Position numbers and translations under genes: made by a program. DNA of 51,280 bases. Origin: a virus. Numbering within the stretch: the first letter of the stretch is position 1; every line of letters begins with the position of its first letter. The stretch lies in the IMG/VR virus record IMGVR_UViG_3300029703_000007; one strand, 5' to 3'. Positions 15,996 through 24,495 of this stretch are shown here, piece by piece. Below the pieces are notes generated by a model. It was not told the DNA's origin and did no database searches. It saw nothing but the letters and a program-made list of their open reading frames with translations.

Positions 15996-16039
15996 GTTAA
16001 TGTTGACATTTAACATTAACTGTTTTACATTGTTGTCAA
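15996..16039. promoter_or_regulatory. Divergent promoter/operator region
   Basis: 9-bp inverted repeat GTTAATGTT(15996-16004)-N7-AACATTAAC(16012-16020) overlapping TTGACA(16003-16008)-17-TACATT(16026-16031); opposite-strand TTGACA at 16034-16039. Confidence 0.5.
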
Positions 16040-16065
16040 ACAGATTGCAAGAGGAAAAATTAAAA

Positions 16066-16662
16066 ATGTCGAAAATTGTTATAAAAAGTGATGATTTATA
16101 TAGATTTTCAAAACTTGTGGATAATGAGGGATATATAAGAATAGAAATTAAAAATCATAAAGCTTTTATGATTGCAAGCAACGAGGTTGTAGCTTGTGTA
16201 AAATATTTTGGCGATTCTTTTGACACAAATGAAATTGTGTATATTAAAATTGATGAAAAATTTAGAGAAAGAATAGAATTTGATTCAAGGCTTTTAACTC
16301 CTGTAGTGTTAGAAACTATGCCTGAATTTGCTCTTGCAACATTAAAAACAGATAAAGACATTTCCGAATCGCTAATATACCTTGATGAAAGTTTTTACGA
16401 CAATTGGCGTTCTTGGTTTACCGAATCGTCAGAAAACAAAGGATTTATGTTTTGGGATATTTATCAAGTAATTAAATTATTTGAATGCAGCCCTTCAGGA
16501 CAAATAACATTTCCAGCAGTTATAAATAGTTCCAAACCTGTCTTATTAAAAGATGTTACAGATTCAGACTGGGCCGGGGTATTTATACCTGCTGCAAAAG
16601 ATGAGAAAAAAATTAAACCTGCTGAATTACCGGAATGGTTAAAAGATGCCAATAACACTTAG
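16066..16662 (+). CDS. Hypothetical protein (198 aa; ORF-track 15994)
   Basis: AGAGGA SD before ATG 16066; earlier start would lie inside the promoter region. Confidence 0.6.
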   Translation: MSKIVIKSDDLYRFSKLVDNEGYIRIEIKNHKAFMIASNEVVACVKYFGDSFDTNEIVYIKIDEKFRERIEFDSRLLTPVVLETMPEFALATLKTDKDISESLIYLDESFYDNWRSWFTESSENKGFMFWDIYQVIKLFECSPSGQITFPAVINSSKPVLLKDVTDSDWAGVFIPAAKDEKKIKPAELPEWLKDANNT

Positions 16663-18304
16663 AGATTATCAGCAAAAAGCTATCAATGAAATTTATGATA
16701 GCTGGAATCGAGGAAATAAAAATGTATCCTTAGTGATGTGCACAGGGCTTGGTAAAAGTGTCTGTATGTCTTCTATAGCAGTTGATTTTGATAAACAACA
16801 TAAACCTGTTGCGGTTATTGCACATCGTAACGAACTTGTTAGTCAAATGTCTTGTCATTTAGCGCGTGTAGGACTTTATCATCGTATAATAGCTCCAAGA
16901 ACTATTGTTGGACAAATTTCAAGAAAACATAAAATTGAATTTGGAAAATCTTTTATTAATCCATCGGCGTTATCGGCGGTTGTTGGTGTTGATACATTAA
17001 TGGCACGAGCTGATAATCTAAAAAATTGGGCACAGCAAATAGCTTTATGGGAAGTCGATGAACAACATCATATTACTCGCAGTAACAAATGGGGCAGAGC
17101 TGTTGAAATGTTCGTTAACGCTCGTGGACTTGGTGTAACCGCTACACCGAATCGAGCTGACGGTCAAGGTCTTGGTCGATGGGCCGACGGCATCATGGAT
17201 GATATGGTTTTAGGTCCATCCATGCGTTGGGCTGTTGAAAATAATTTTCTTGCAGATTATGAAATTGTTTGTCCTAAATCAGATTTAAATGTTGAAGATA
17301 GCCCGTTATCTATAAACGGGGATTGGTCTAATCAAACGTTGCGTAAAGCTGCTAAAAAATCACAAATCGTTGGGGATGTAGTAACAAATTATATTAAATA
17401 CGCTTTTGGAAGAAAAGCTATTGTTTTTGCTACTGACGTTGAAACAGCAGAAGAAATTTCAAGAGATTTTAACGCTCATGATATAAGAGCAGTTTCACTT
17501 AACGGTAAATCGTTACCTGCATTTAGAGAACAAAGCTTAGACAATTTTCGAGATAATAAATTACAAGTACTTGTTAATGTAGATTTGTTTGACGAAGGCT
17601 TTGATGTCCCAAGTTGTGATGTTTGCATTATGGCCCGCCCTACTGCTTCATTAGGTAAATTTTTGCAACAAATAGGCCGTGTACTACGCCCTGCCCCTAA
17701 TAAAACAGCTCTTATTATTGACCATGTTAGCAATGTTATTCGACATGGTTTACCTGATATGCCCAGAGAATGGTCACTGGACCGTCGACAAAAAAAAGCT
17801 AAATTGACTAAGGACCCAGATGAAATAGAACTTACAGTATGTAAAAAATGCCTTAAACCTTATGAAAAATTTAGAACTCAATGCCCTTATTGTGGTGCTG
17901 AACCTGTATTACCTGAACCTAAATCCCGTTCGATTGAAATGGTTGCTGGTGATTTAATATTATTAGATAAAGTCGCTTTACAACGTCTGCGACAGAATGT
18001 GGTGTTAGAAGCTCCCGGAGAAGTTGCTGCAAGAGTTGCAAGAGTTGCCGGTCCGATAGCTGCAAAAAGTGTTGCAAATCGACAAATAGAGAAAATAGAA
18101 GCGCAAGGGGAATTAAAAGAGGCAATAGCTCAATGGGCTGCAATCGAACGGCTTAAAGGATTTAATGACCGAGAGATATATAAAAAATTTTATTATGCAA
18201 CAGGGTTTGACGTATTAGGAGCGTTAAGTTCCAGTCAAACTCGTCAAGATTATTTGTTATTAACAGAAAAAATAAAAGGATGGTATCACAATGAGAAATG
18301 TTAG
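16646..18304 (+). CDS. SF2 DEAD/DEAH-type DNA helicase (552 aa)
   Basis: Walker A CTGLGKS, DExH box VDEQHH, C-terminal zinc ribbon CKKC...CPYC. Confidence 0.85.
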   Translation: MPITLRDYQQKAINEIYDSWNRGNKNVSLVMCTGLGKSVCMSSIAVDFDKQHKPVAVIAHRNELVSQMSCHLARVGLYHRIIAPRTIVGQISRKHKIEFGKSFINPSALSAVVGVDTLMARADNLKNWAQQIALWEVDEQHHITRSNKWGRAVEMFVNARGLGVTATPNRADGQGLGRWADGIMDDMVLGPSMRWAVENNFLADYEIVCPKSDLNVEDSPLSINGDWSNQTLRKAAKKSQIVGDVVTNYIKYAFGRKAIVFATDVETAEEISRDFNAHDIRAVSLNGKSLPAFREQSLDNFRDNKLQVLVNVDLFDEGFDVPSCDVCIMARPTASLGKFLQQIGRVLRPAPNKTALIIDHVSNVIRHGLPDMPREWSLDRRQKKAKLTKDPDEIELTVCKKCLKPYEKFRTQCPYCGAEPVLPEPKSRSIEMVAGDLILLDKVALQRLRQNVVLEAPGEVAARVARVAGPIAAKSVANRQIEKIEAQGELKEAIAQWAAIERLKGFNDREIYKKFYYATGFDVLGALSSSQTRQDYLLLTEKIKGWYHNEKC

Positions 18305-18515
18305 AATTATCGGGGATGATATTTATTATAAGGATGTATTAGTTGCTAAACTTGTTAACAGCCCTATGCGTACCATACAAGGTGAATTTGTTGATAAATT
18401 TGACGATCCAGACCAAGAAAGTTATGAAAATTTGCTTGATGATTATAACGAGTTAAAAGATAATCTCGTTGGCGAAGTGATATTGACGACATCGAAACTG
18501 CTTGCGAGGAATTAA
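18291..18515 (+). CDS. Hypothetical protein (74 aa)
   Basis: ORF track. Confidence 0.5.
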   Translation: MRNVRIIGDDIYYKDVLVAKLVNSPMRTIQGEFVDKFDDPDQESYENLLDDYNELKDNLVGEVILTTSKLLARN

Positions 18516-18600
18516 GAAAACTAACTAAAAAAGTTGAAATAATTGAAGATTGTTGTCATTCGTTTAGAAAATCATATGAATTTATGATGGATAGTGTAAA

Positions 18601-18786
18601 ATGATAATAACACCGAAGACAACTCTTGAAGAAATTAAAAATATTTTCCCTAATCAACATTGGGGATTAAATAAAGTTAACGGTATTTTAGAAGCTATAA
18701 AAGCGTCTGAAAATTTTGATGTTAATCTTTATGAAAATAATAACGGTAAACTTATGATTTATATCAATGAGCGTATAAATGCGTGA
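18601..18786 (+). CDS. Hypothetical protein (61 aa)
   Basis: ORF track. Confidence 0.5.
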   Translation: MIITPKTTLEEIKNIFPNQHWGLNKVNGILEAIKASENFDVNLYENNNGKLMIYINERINA

Positions 18787-19162
18787 ATCAGCAGTAACAT
18801 CTCACATTCGTCTTGCAGCTGCACAACTTAATTGCCCTCTTTGGCGCAATAACTGCGGTGGGTTTTATGACAACACCGGACGATTTATTCGATATGGTTT
18901 AGGGTCGGAGGTTAAACTTGCGTCCAGCGACTTTATCGGCATTCGTCCGGTACTTATAACACCTGAAATGGTCGGACAAGTTTTAGGTGTGTTTACCGCC
19001 GTTGAAATGAAAGCCGAAAACTGGCATTTCAACAAAAATGACAAACATCTCTTGCAACAAAAACAATTTATTGATATTGTTAAAGAATATGGAGGGTTGG
19101 CAGGGTTTGCAACAAACGTTAAAGATTTTTACAGGATAATAAGATATGCCGACAACAAATAG
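18779..19162 (+). CDS. VRR-NUC domain nuclease (127 aa)
   Basis: SDFIGI...FTAVEMK = D...ExK nuclease core, size and context typical of VRR-NUC. Confidence 0.65.
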   Translation: MRESAVTSHIRLAAAQLNCPLWRNNCGGFYDNTGRFIRYGLGSEVKLASSDFIGIRPVLITPEMVGQVLGVFTAVEMKAENWHFNKNDKHLLQQKQFIDIVKEYGGLAGFATNVKDFYRIIRYADNK

Positions 19163-19433
19163 TATGAAAGAACAAGGTAAAAAGACTAGAAACGCCATAC
19201 TCGAAACGGGTTTGAAACTCTGGCCGAATGTTACATCAACAACTGTTGCCAACGCTTTAAACATTTCACACGGAACAGTGATTTATCATTTTCCCGATGT
19301 TAAAAATGCGGTGGCAGAATATGCTGTTAAAACAGGGAATAGTAAAGTAATAGTACAGTTACTTGCAACAAGGCATAGAGCTGTTAAAGATATGCCTGCC
19401 GCAGAACGCATAAAACATTTTACAGCCATATAA
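19146..19433 (+). CDS. TetR-type HTH DNA-binding protein, N-terminal domain only (95 aa)
   Basis: TRNAILETGLKLW...TSTTVANALNISHGTVIYHFPD matches TetR_N pattern. Confidence 0.55.
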   Translation: MPTTNSMKEQGKKTRNAILETGLKLWPNVTSTTVANALNISHGTVIYHFPDVKNAVAEYAVKTGNSKVIVQLLATRHRAVKDMPAAERIKHFTAI

Positions 19434-19989
19434 TTTCCGGTCGACCGGTAAATTCACGCATCCAAATAAACCAGGCATAACAAACTGCGCTGTTTTCTTT
19501 AAGTGGGAAAAGTCCGTTTTTACTCGAGGGGATTCGTTCAGTAAATACACAAACATAACGAGGTGGGTGCAAATCGAAAAATTTTCTGCGTTTTGCGGAT
19601 TCTAAAAACCGTATATTCAAAAAATGACATGCAACAGGCGCAAGTTCTATTGACCGTTTGACACATTCTAAAGCGTGAGAATAAGGTGGATTTGTAATTA
19701 TAGCGTCAAAAGGTAAGGAGTCATATAAAGTTGGTTTAAGAAAATCAATACCTCCAATACCATATCCACGATTGATAAGGTCGGTGGACAATACATTATG
19801 ACCAAAAGCAATAAGAGCTTCTGATAAATGCCCCTTCCCGGCACACGGTTCCCAAATATATTTACCCCCGTTTTCCCATTTTAAAACATGTAACAAAGGT
19901 GGAATAGCGGAAGGAGAAGTTGCATAAAAATCATGTTCTTCCCGTTTTTCATCCCTTTTGCGATGTAATCCATGCATGTTACCACTCAA
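19420..19989 (-). CDS. DNA N6-adenine methyltransferase (189 aa)
   Basis: Motif I EPCAGKG and motif IV ITNPPY; TTG start in track, ATG 19977 alternative. Confidence 0.8.
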   Translation of the reverse strand: MSGNMHGLHRKRDEKREEHDFYATSPSAIPPLLHVLKWENGGKYIWEPCAGKGHLSEALIAFGHNVLSTDLINRGYGIGGIDFLKPTLYDSLPFDAIITNPPYSHALECVKRSIELAPVACHFLNIRFLESAKRRKFFDLHPPRYVCVFTERIPSSKNGLFPLKENSAVCYAWFIWMREFTGRPEIIWL

Positions 19990-20156
19990 TTTACAATTCT
20001 TTCAATAGTATCAGATTCCATAGCCGTAAATTGATAAACATCTTTACCTTTAATAAAATAAAATGTTATTAAATTACCATTTCTTTCAATGTCATAAAGA
20101 TATGGTCGTTCCAGTAATGCTAAAAGCTGTTTATAGATTTTACGACTTATCCACAT
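19986..20156 (-). CDS. Hypothetical protein (56 aa), below ORF-track cutoff
   Basis: Hand translation MWISRKIYKQLLALLERPYLYDIERNG...; stop overlaps MTase start. Confidence 0.4.
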   Translation of the reverse strand: MWISRKIYKQLLALLERPYLYDIERNGNLITFYFIKGKDVYQFTAMESDTIERIVN

Positions 20157-20292
20157 TTAATACATATCCTTGCATAAAATTTTAATCAGAATGAGGGACT
20201 TTCACTCTCACACGTCTATTAGCTATATGCACTATGCACTTGTAAGTACCGACACAGCCCTTGCGTCTATCTTCCGCTATCTGATTGCCAAC

Positions 20293-20321
20293 AGCTTATA
20301 AATGTTTATAATTAATGTCAA
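20293..20321 (-). promoter_or_regulatory. Leftward promoter TTGACA-17-TAAGCT
   Basis: Minus-strand TTGACA = 20316-20321, TAAGCT = 20293-20298; mirror image of the rightward promoter. Confidence 0.55.
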
Positions 20322-20354
20322 TATAAAATTATACTTTTTTTTACAAAATTATAC

Positions 20355-20383
20355 TTGACACTGACTATAAACATTTATAAGCT
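20355..20383 (+). promoter_or_regulatory. Rightward promoter TTGACA-17-TAAGCT
   Basis: TTGACA 20355-20360, TAAGCT 20378-20383, upstream of GGGAG SD and ATG 20413. Confidence 0.55.
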
Positions 20384-20412
20384 GTTAGCAAATTTTACGG
20401 GAGTTAAATATT

Positions 20413-20598
20413 ATGAATGGAAAAACCCTTAACCTCACTGAGGTCGCAGAACATATAGGAATTACAAGAGCAACACTTTATCAGATGATTCAAGACGGTC
20501 GTTTCCCTGTAAAACCTATTGAAAATGTCTGGCCACGTCGTTGGAACATTGAAGATGTCGATTCTTGGAGGGGGATTGGGAAAAATGATAACAATTAA
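20413..20598 (+). CDS. AlpA/excisionase (MerR-like) type HTH protein (61 aa)
   Basis: LNLTEVAEHIGITRATLYQMIQDGRFP pattern. Confidence 0.65.
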   Translation: MNGKTLNLTEVAEHIGITRATLYQMIQDGRFPVKPIENVWPRRWNIEDVDSWRGIGKNDNN

Positions 20599-21010
20599 TG
20601 AACTTTTTTCCGGTATTGGTGCTCAAGTTGCTGCTTTCAAACGTCTTAATATATCTTACAAAGTTATAGGTATTTCAGAAATCGATAAATACGCTATACA
20701 ATCTTATGAGGCTATCAACGGTTCAACTCAAAAAAACGCCTATGTTGGTTCTTGTGAAAATTATTCACCATGCTTAACAAGTGCAATGGGAATGGGTGGT
20801 GGACAAATTCCCATGCTCTCAGACAATATCAGAATCCGCAAACTAACCCCTCGTGAGTGTTGGCGATTAATGGGTTTTACAGACATTGAATTTGAATCCG
20901 CACAGTTATCAGGTATAAGTAATACTCAACTTTATAAACAAGCGGGAAATTCTATTGTAGTAAATGTTCTCGTTGCTATTTTCAAGGAGCTGTTCAATGA
21001 CAGACCTTAA
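20585..21010 (+). CDS. Internally truncated DNA cytosine-5 methyltransferase-like protein (141 aa; ORF-track 20519)
   Basis: Motif I ELFSGIGA, motif II SEIDKYA, motif IX LTPRECWRLMGF, motif X QAGNSIVVNV present; PCQ (IV), ENV (VI) and QxRxR (VIII) absent. Confidence 0.7.
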   Translation: MITINELFSGIGAQVAAFKRLNISYKVIGISEIDKYAIQSYEAINGSTQKNAYVGSCENYSPCLTSAMGMGGGQIPMLSDNIRIRKLTPRECWRLMGFTDIEFESAQLSGISNTQLYKQAGNSIVVNVLVAIFKELFNDRP

Positions 21011-23255
21011 CCTTACAACAGCCTATATTACTTCTCTTACCGGCAATCCTAATACACCTTGTTTTTGGTTGCTGATAGATGAACATAATAAAAAAAATCC
21101 ACCGATTATCATCAATGATTCGTTTGATAACTGTCATCAGGCTTTAAAGTTTTATAATGATTCTGGTTATGGGGTTTTCATAGCTATTAATTCTATTCGT
21201 TTTGGTTGTCCGAGAATATTTGAAAATGTTGAATATATTCGAGCACAAGTAGTTGATATTGATGACCCTTTACAAATGCAAGACAGTTATAATAGAGCCG
21301 TACAGTCAACTTGCCCGCCGCATTTTGTTGTTCAAACATCACCCGGGCATATTCATCTTTATTGGCTTACAGAGCCTTATACAGGCAATGATTTTTTCAA
21401 ATTTCAACAGCAAAAACTTAATCAGCTTTATAATGGTGATACAAACATTACCGACAGCACAAGAGTTATGCGCGTTCCCGGATTTAATCATTGTAAAAGC
21501 ACACCACACCTTGTAACATGCTGGGAGATTCATAATGGTTCACGATACACAGCGCAACAAATGCAAAATTATCTTACAGACGTTAATGTTGTTGAACACA
21601 ATTTTGGGATTCGTAAAGAACTTGGTAATAAAATGTTACAAGCACCAAATCTCGAATTATTATTAAAAGCTTTATATGATATTGACCCGAATGAACTTTC
21701 TCGAAATGAATGGTTATACATTAGTGCATCGTTCAAACAAGCGGGGTGGTCGTTAACAAATGAAGATAATCTATATAGCGAATGGCTTAAATGGTGTTCA
21801 AATTATGCGACTAATAACATTGATGAAAACAAAACTCTTTGGAACTCTTTAAAAGAAACTCAAGTCGGATGGATGAGTTTGCTTAGAAAAAGTGAAAATA
21901 CTCAACCTATTGTTTATTTTGGTGAACGGGAAAAGGATGAAGAAAAAGAAATTGAAATTTTAGGAGATGTACTTGATGAACGCGGTAAAAAAGTATGGTT
22001 TAAAAATTGTTATTTTGTTGAAAGTGAAGGGCGTATATTTACTTCCAGCGGCAGGTTTATGAATCAAATACAATTTAACGGGCGATACGGTGGTAAGGAA
22101 TTTACAATTAAAAGCGCCGGTCAAAAACTTACAGATAATCCATGGAAGGCCGCTTTAAATAGCATTGACTGGTCTATACCAAAAGTTGACCATTGTCGTT
22201 TTTTACCTCAAAAACCAACTTTTTCAATTATTACAGATGATTTAGGTCGTAAAGGATTAAATACTTATATTCCAGCGAAAATTAAATCTGTACAAGGGGA
22301 TGTTAGCATATGGAAAGACTATTTGCTGAGAATATTTAACACGCCGGAAGATGTTAAAATATTCGAAGATTATATTGCACATTGTATAAAATTCCCCGGT
22401 GATAAAATTCCTTGGTCTGTTTTGTTGCAATCAACTAAAGGTATTGGTAAACAAATGATAGGGGATGTACTCAAACATTCTATTGGTGAAATATATACCT
22501 ATCAGCCAGATGCTGAAGAGCTTGTCAGTGGTGTTAGTCAATTTAACGGATGGATGCGCAACAAACTTATGATTTTAGTTGATGAAGTGCGTGTTGGTGA
22601 CCGTAATGAACTCATGAACGGGCTTAAAACTATCATTACCGACCGAAGAATTGCTGTAGAATCTAAAGGGGTTGACCAACAAATGGAAGATAATGTTGCT
22701 AACTGGATATTTTTTAGCAACTTCAAAGATGCTTTTCCAATTGATGAAAATGAACGTCGCTATTGCATATTTTATAGTAAAATACAATCGGCTTTACAAT
22801 TAGAAGAAGCTGGTATGAATAAAAATTATTTTGATTCAATGTATGATTGGCTTGAATGTGAACAAGGATTTGAAAAAATCGCATGGTATTATCTTCATTA
22901 CCCGATTGAAAAAGGTTCTTTGCCGCATAGAGCACCACATACATCAAGTTACGAAGAAGTATTAAGAATCGGAAGAAGCCCGTTGCGTGTTATTCTCGAT
23001 GATAAAATTGAAGCCGGTGAACGTGGATTTCGCGATGGATATGTAAGTTTTGTAATGTTCCAAAAAGCTGTTTTAGACAGCTCTATGCGTACTAAACCTG
23101 CTGAGCATACATTGAAAGCCATTCTTGAAGGAAGAGGCTATCATGAGCTTGGACGGACGGCAAAACCCATACCGGGTGAGGATTTAACGCATCCGAGTTT
23201 GATATTTGGCTTAAATGGTAAAAACATTGAAGGATATGAGGAAGCGCAACAATAA
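20997..23255 (+). CDS. Primase-polymerase (AEP) / PriCT / SF3 helicase fusion protein (752 aa)
   Basis: AAGGAG SD before ATG 20997; VVDIDD, HIHLYW, RVPGFNH primase motifs; Walker A STKGIGK, Walker B MILVDEV. Confidence 0.8.
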   Translation: MTDLNLTTAYITSLTGNPNTPCFWLLIDEHNKKNPPIIINDSFDNCHQALKFYNDSGYGVFIAINSIRFGCPRIFENVEYIRAQVVDIDDPLQMQDSYNRAVQSTCPPHFVVQTSPGHIHLYWLTEPYTGNDFFKFQQQKLNQLYNGDTNITDSTRVMRVPGFNHCKSTPHLVTCWEIHNGSRYTAQQMQNYLTDVNVVEHNFGIRKELGNKMLQAPNLELLLKALYDIDPNELSRNEWLYISASFKQAGWSLTNEDNLYSEWLKWCSNYATNNIDENKTLWNSLKETQVGWMSLLRKSENTQPIVYFGEREKDEEKEIEILGDVLDERGKKVWFKNCYFVESEGRIFTSSGRFMNQIQFNGRYGGKEFTIKSAGQKLTDNPWKAALNSIDWSIPKVDHCRFLPQKPTFSIITDDLGRKGLNTYIPAKIKSVQGDVSIWKDYLLRIFNTPEDVKIFEDYIAHCIKFPGDKIPWSVLLQSTKGIGKQMIGDVLKHSIGEIYTYQPDAEELVSGVSQFNGWMRNKLMILVDEVRVGDRNELMNGLKTIITDRRIAVESKGVDQQMEDNVANWIFFSNFKDAFPIDENERRYCIFYSKIQSALQLEEAGMNKNYFDSMYDWLECEQGFEKIAWYYLHYPIEKGSLPHRAPHTSSYEEVLRIGRSPLRVILDDKIEAGERGFRDGYVSFVMFQKAVLDSSMRTKPAEHTLKAILEGRGYHELGRTAKPIPGEDLTHPSLIFGLNGKNIEGYEEAQQ

Positions 23256-23263
23256 AAAAAAGA

Positions 23264-23300
23264 AACCCCTTTAGGCGGATTCGAAAGACCTAAAGGGGTT
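23264..23300. terminator. Bidirectional terminator between convergent operons
   Basis: 12-bp stem AACCCCTTTAGG/CCTAAAGGGGTT flanked by A-run upstream and T-containing tract downstream. Confidence 0.75.
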
Positions 23301-23345
23301 AAGCGCGCTTTATAATTTATATATTAACTTAAATTATTTAAAATG

Positions 23346-23807
23346 TCAACTCATTTTCCATTGTTTGATACGTTTCCATTTTGTCGAACATTCTTTTCGA
23401 CCGTTATCATATCTAAAACCTGTTTTTTCATATATATTAATATGCTTAGATGGTTTTTCAAATTTATAATGTTCTTTTGGTTGATAATTATTTTCGGATA
23501 TTTTTTTAGCTAAAATTATTTCTTCTTCTGTAATAGATTTTATATGATATTCAATAGTTGTATGATTAAATTTGGCAACATCACCGGCAGCCAATTTTGG
23601 TAAATTTTCAATTACACAGCATATGTAACAATAAATTCTTTTAGGTTTAGTTTGATTACTATAACGCCCTGAAAATACTAACTGAAAATAATTTTCAACT
23701 TTTTTTAATATTTTTTCACATTTTTTTCTTGAAAATTCTTTTCTACATTTCATCGAACAATAAAGTTTATCTGAGTTTATTTCTTTATCGCAGTTAAGAC
23801 ATCTCAT
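23346..23807 (-). CDS. Zn-ribbon plus DnaA-domain-IV-like HTH protein (153 aa)
   Basis: N-terminal CLNC...CSMKC; VENYFQL...PKRIYCYICC...GDVAKFNHTTIEYHIKSI resembles DnaA C-terminal (..RDHTTVLHA..KI) domain. Confidence 0.5.
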   Translation of the reverse strand: MRCLNCDKEINSDKLYCSMKCRKEFSRKKCEKILKKVENYFQLVFSGRYSNQTKPKRIYCYICCVIENLPKLAAGDVAKFNHTTIEYHIKSITEEEIILAKKISENNYQPKEHYKFEKPSKHINIYEKTGFRYDNGRKECSTKWKRIKQWKMS

Positions 23808-23808
23808 T

Positions 23809-24018
23809 TTATCGTCCTTCGTTAAATCTTTTCATGCGTTTAAGTTTAATAATTTGTTTTTTAAATTCAATATCTTTAGCAACAGGTTGCCAGTGAAATT
23901 CAGAAACCTCGTTACCGCTGTTGTAATATTCGTTAATCTTCTGTGCTTCATGGTCGCAATCGTAATTGTAATTGTCAAATTTGTCTCTTGATTCCATGTA
24001 ACTGTTATATTCAGTCAT
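23809..24018 (-). CDS. Hypothetical protein (69 aa)
   Basis: ORF track. Confidence 0.5.
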   Translation of the reverse strand: MTEYNSYMESRDKFDNYNYDCDHEAQKINEYYNSGNEVSEFHWQPVAKDIEFKKQIIKLKRMKRFNEGR

Positions 24019-24024
24019 ATTAAC

Positions 24025-24189
24025 CTACCTCATTATGAAATAAACAATAAGTGAAGCGCCCCAAATCATAAGGAAAAACATTATTGTTATAGCCGTTTCA
24101 ATTCCGGCAAAGTTTCCATCATCGTTGACCGCTATATAAAATATTGAAACAATAGTGAATAAGCCTAATATGGCAAAGTAATAAATCAT
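24025..24189 (-). CDS. Small two-TM membrane protein (54 aa), below cutoff
   Basis: Hand translation MIYYFAILGLFTIVSIFYIAVNDDGNFAGIETAITIMFFLMIWGASLIVYFIMR. Confidence 0.45.
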   Translation of the reverse strand: MIYYFAILGLFTIVSIFYIAVNDDGNFAGIETAITIMFFLMIWGASLIVYFIMR

Positions 24190-24276
24190 TTCTTAACCTT
24201 TCCGCAATGTAAGCAAATATTGCAATGTCCTCTGAATGTAATCCACTCATGGAACCCCACCCAACAAAATAAGCGT

Positions 24277-24495
24277 CTAATCATCTAAATTATCCCCAGC
24301 TTTTTTTATTGACTTAACAACGCCTTTTACAAGGCTTGAAGTACCTAGTGTTGCGATAGATAATAAACCGTCTGTTTCATCTTTACGGTCGTCTGTAAGG
24401 CTTGACAAATCTTTTCCAAGCTCGCCAAGGCAGCGGATTGGGGTAGATACTAAAGTTGTAATTGATTTAAATATTCCCATCTTTCTCATCCTCAT
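24277..24495 (-). CDS. Hypothetical protein (72 aa)
   Basis: ORF track; several possible Met starts. Confidence 0.5.
   Translation of the reverse strand: MRMRKMGIFKSITTLVSTPIRCLGELGKDLSSLTDDRKDETDGLLSIATLGTSSLVKGVVKSIKKAGDNLDD

Larger units (their letters stand above)
20290..20386. repeat. Perfect 21-bp inverted repeat with 55-bp spacer containing a 12-nt direct repeat
   Basis: AACAGCTTATAAATGTTTATA (20290-20310) / TATAAACATTTATAAGCTGTT (20366-20386); AAAATTATACTT at 20325-20336 and 20345-20356. Confidence 0.9.
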
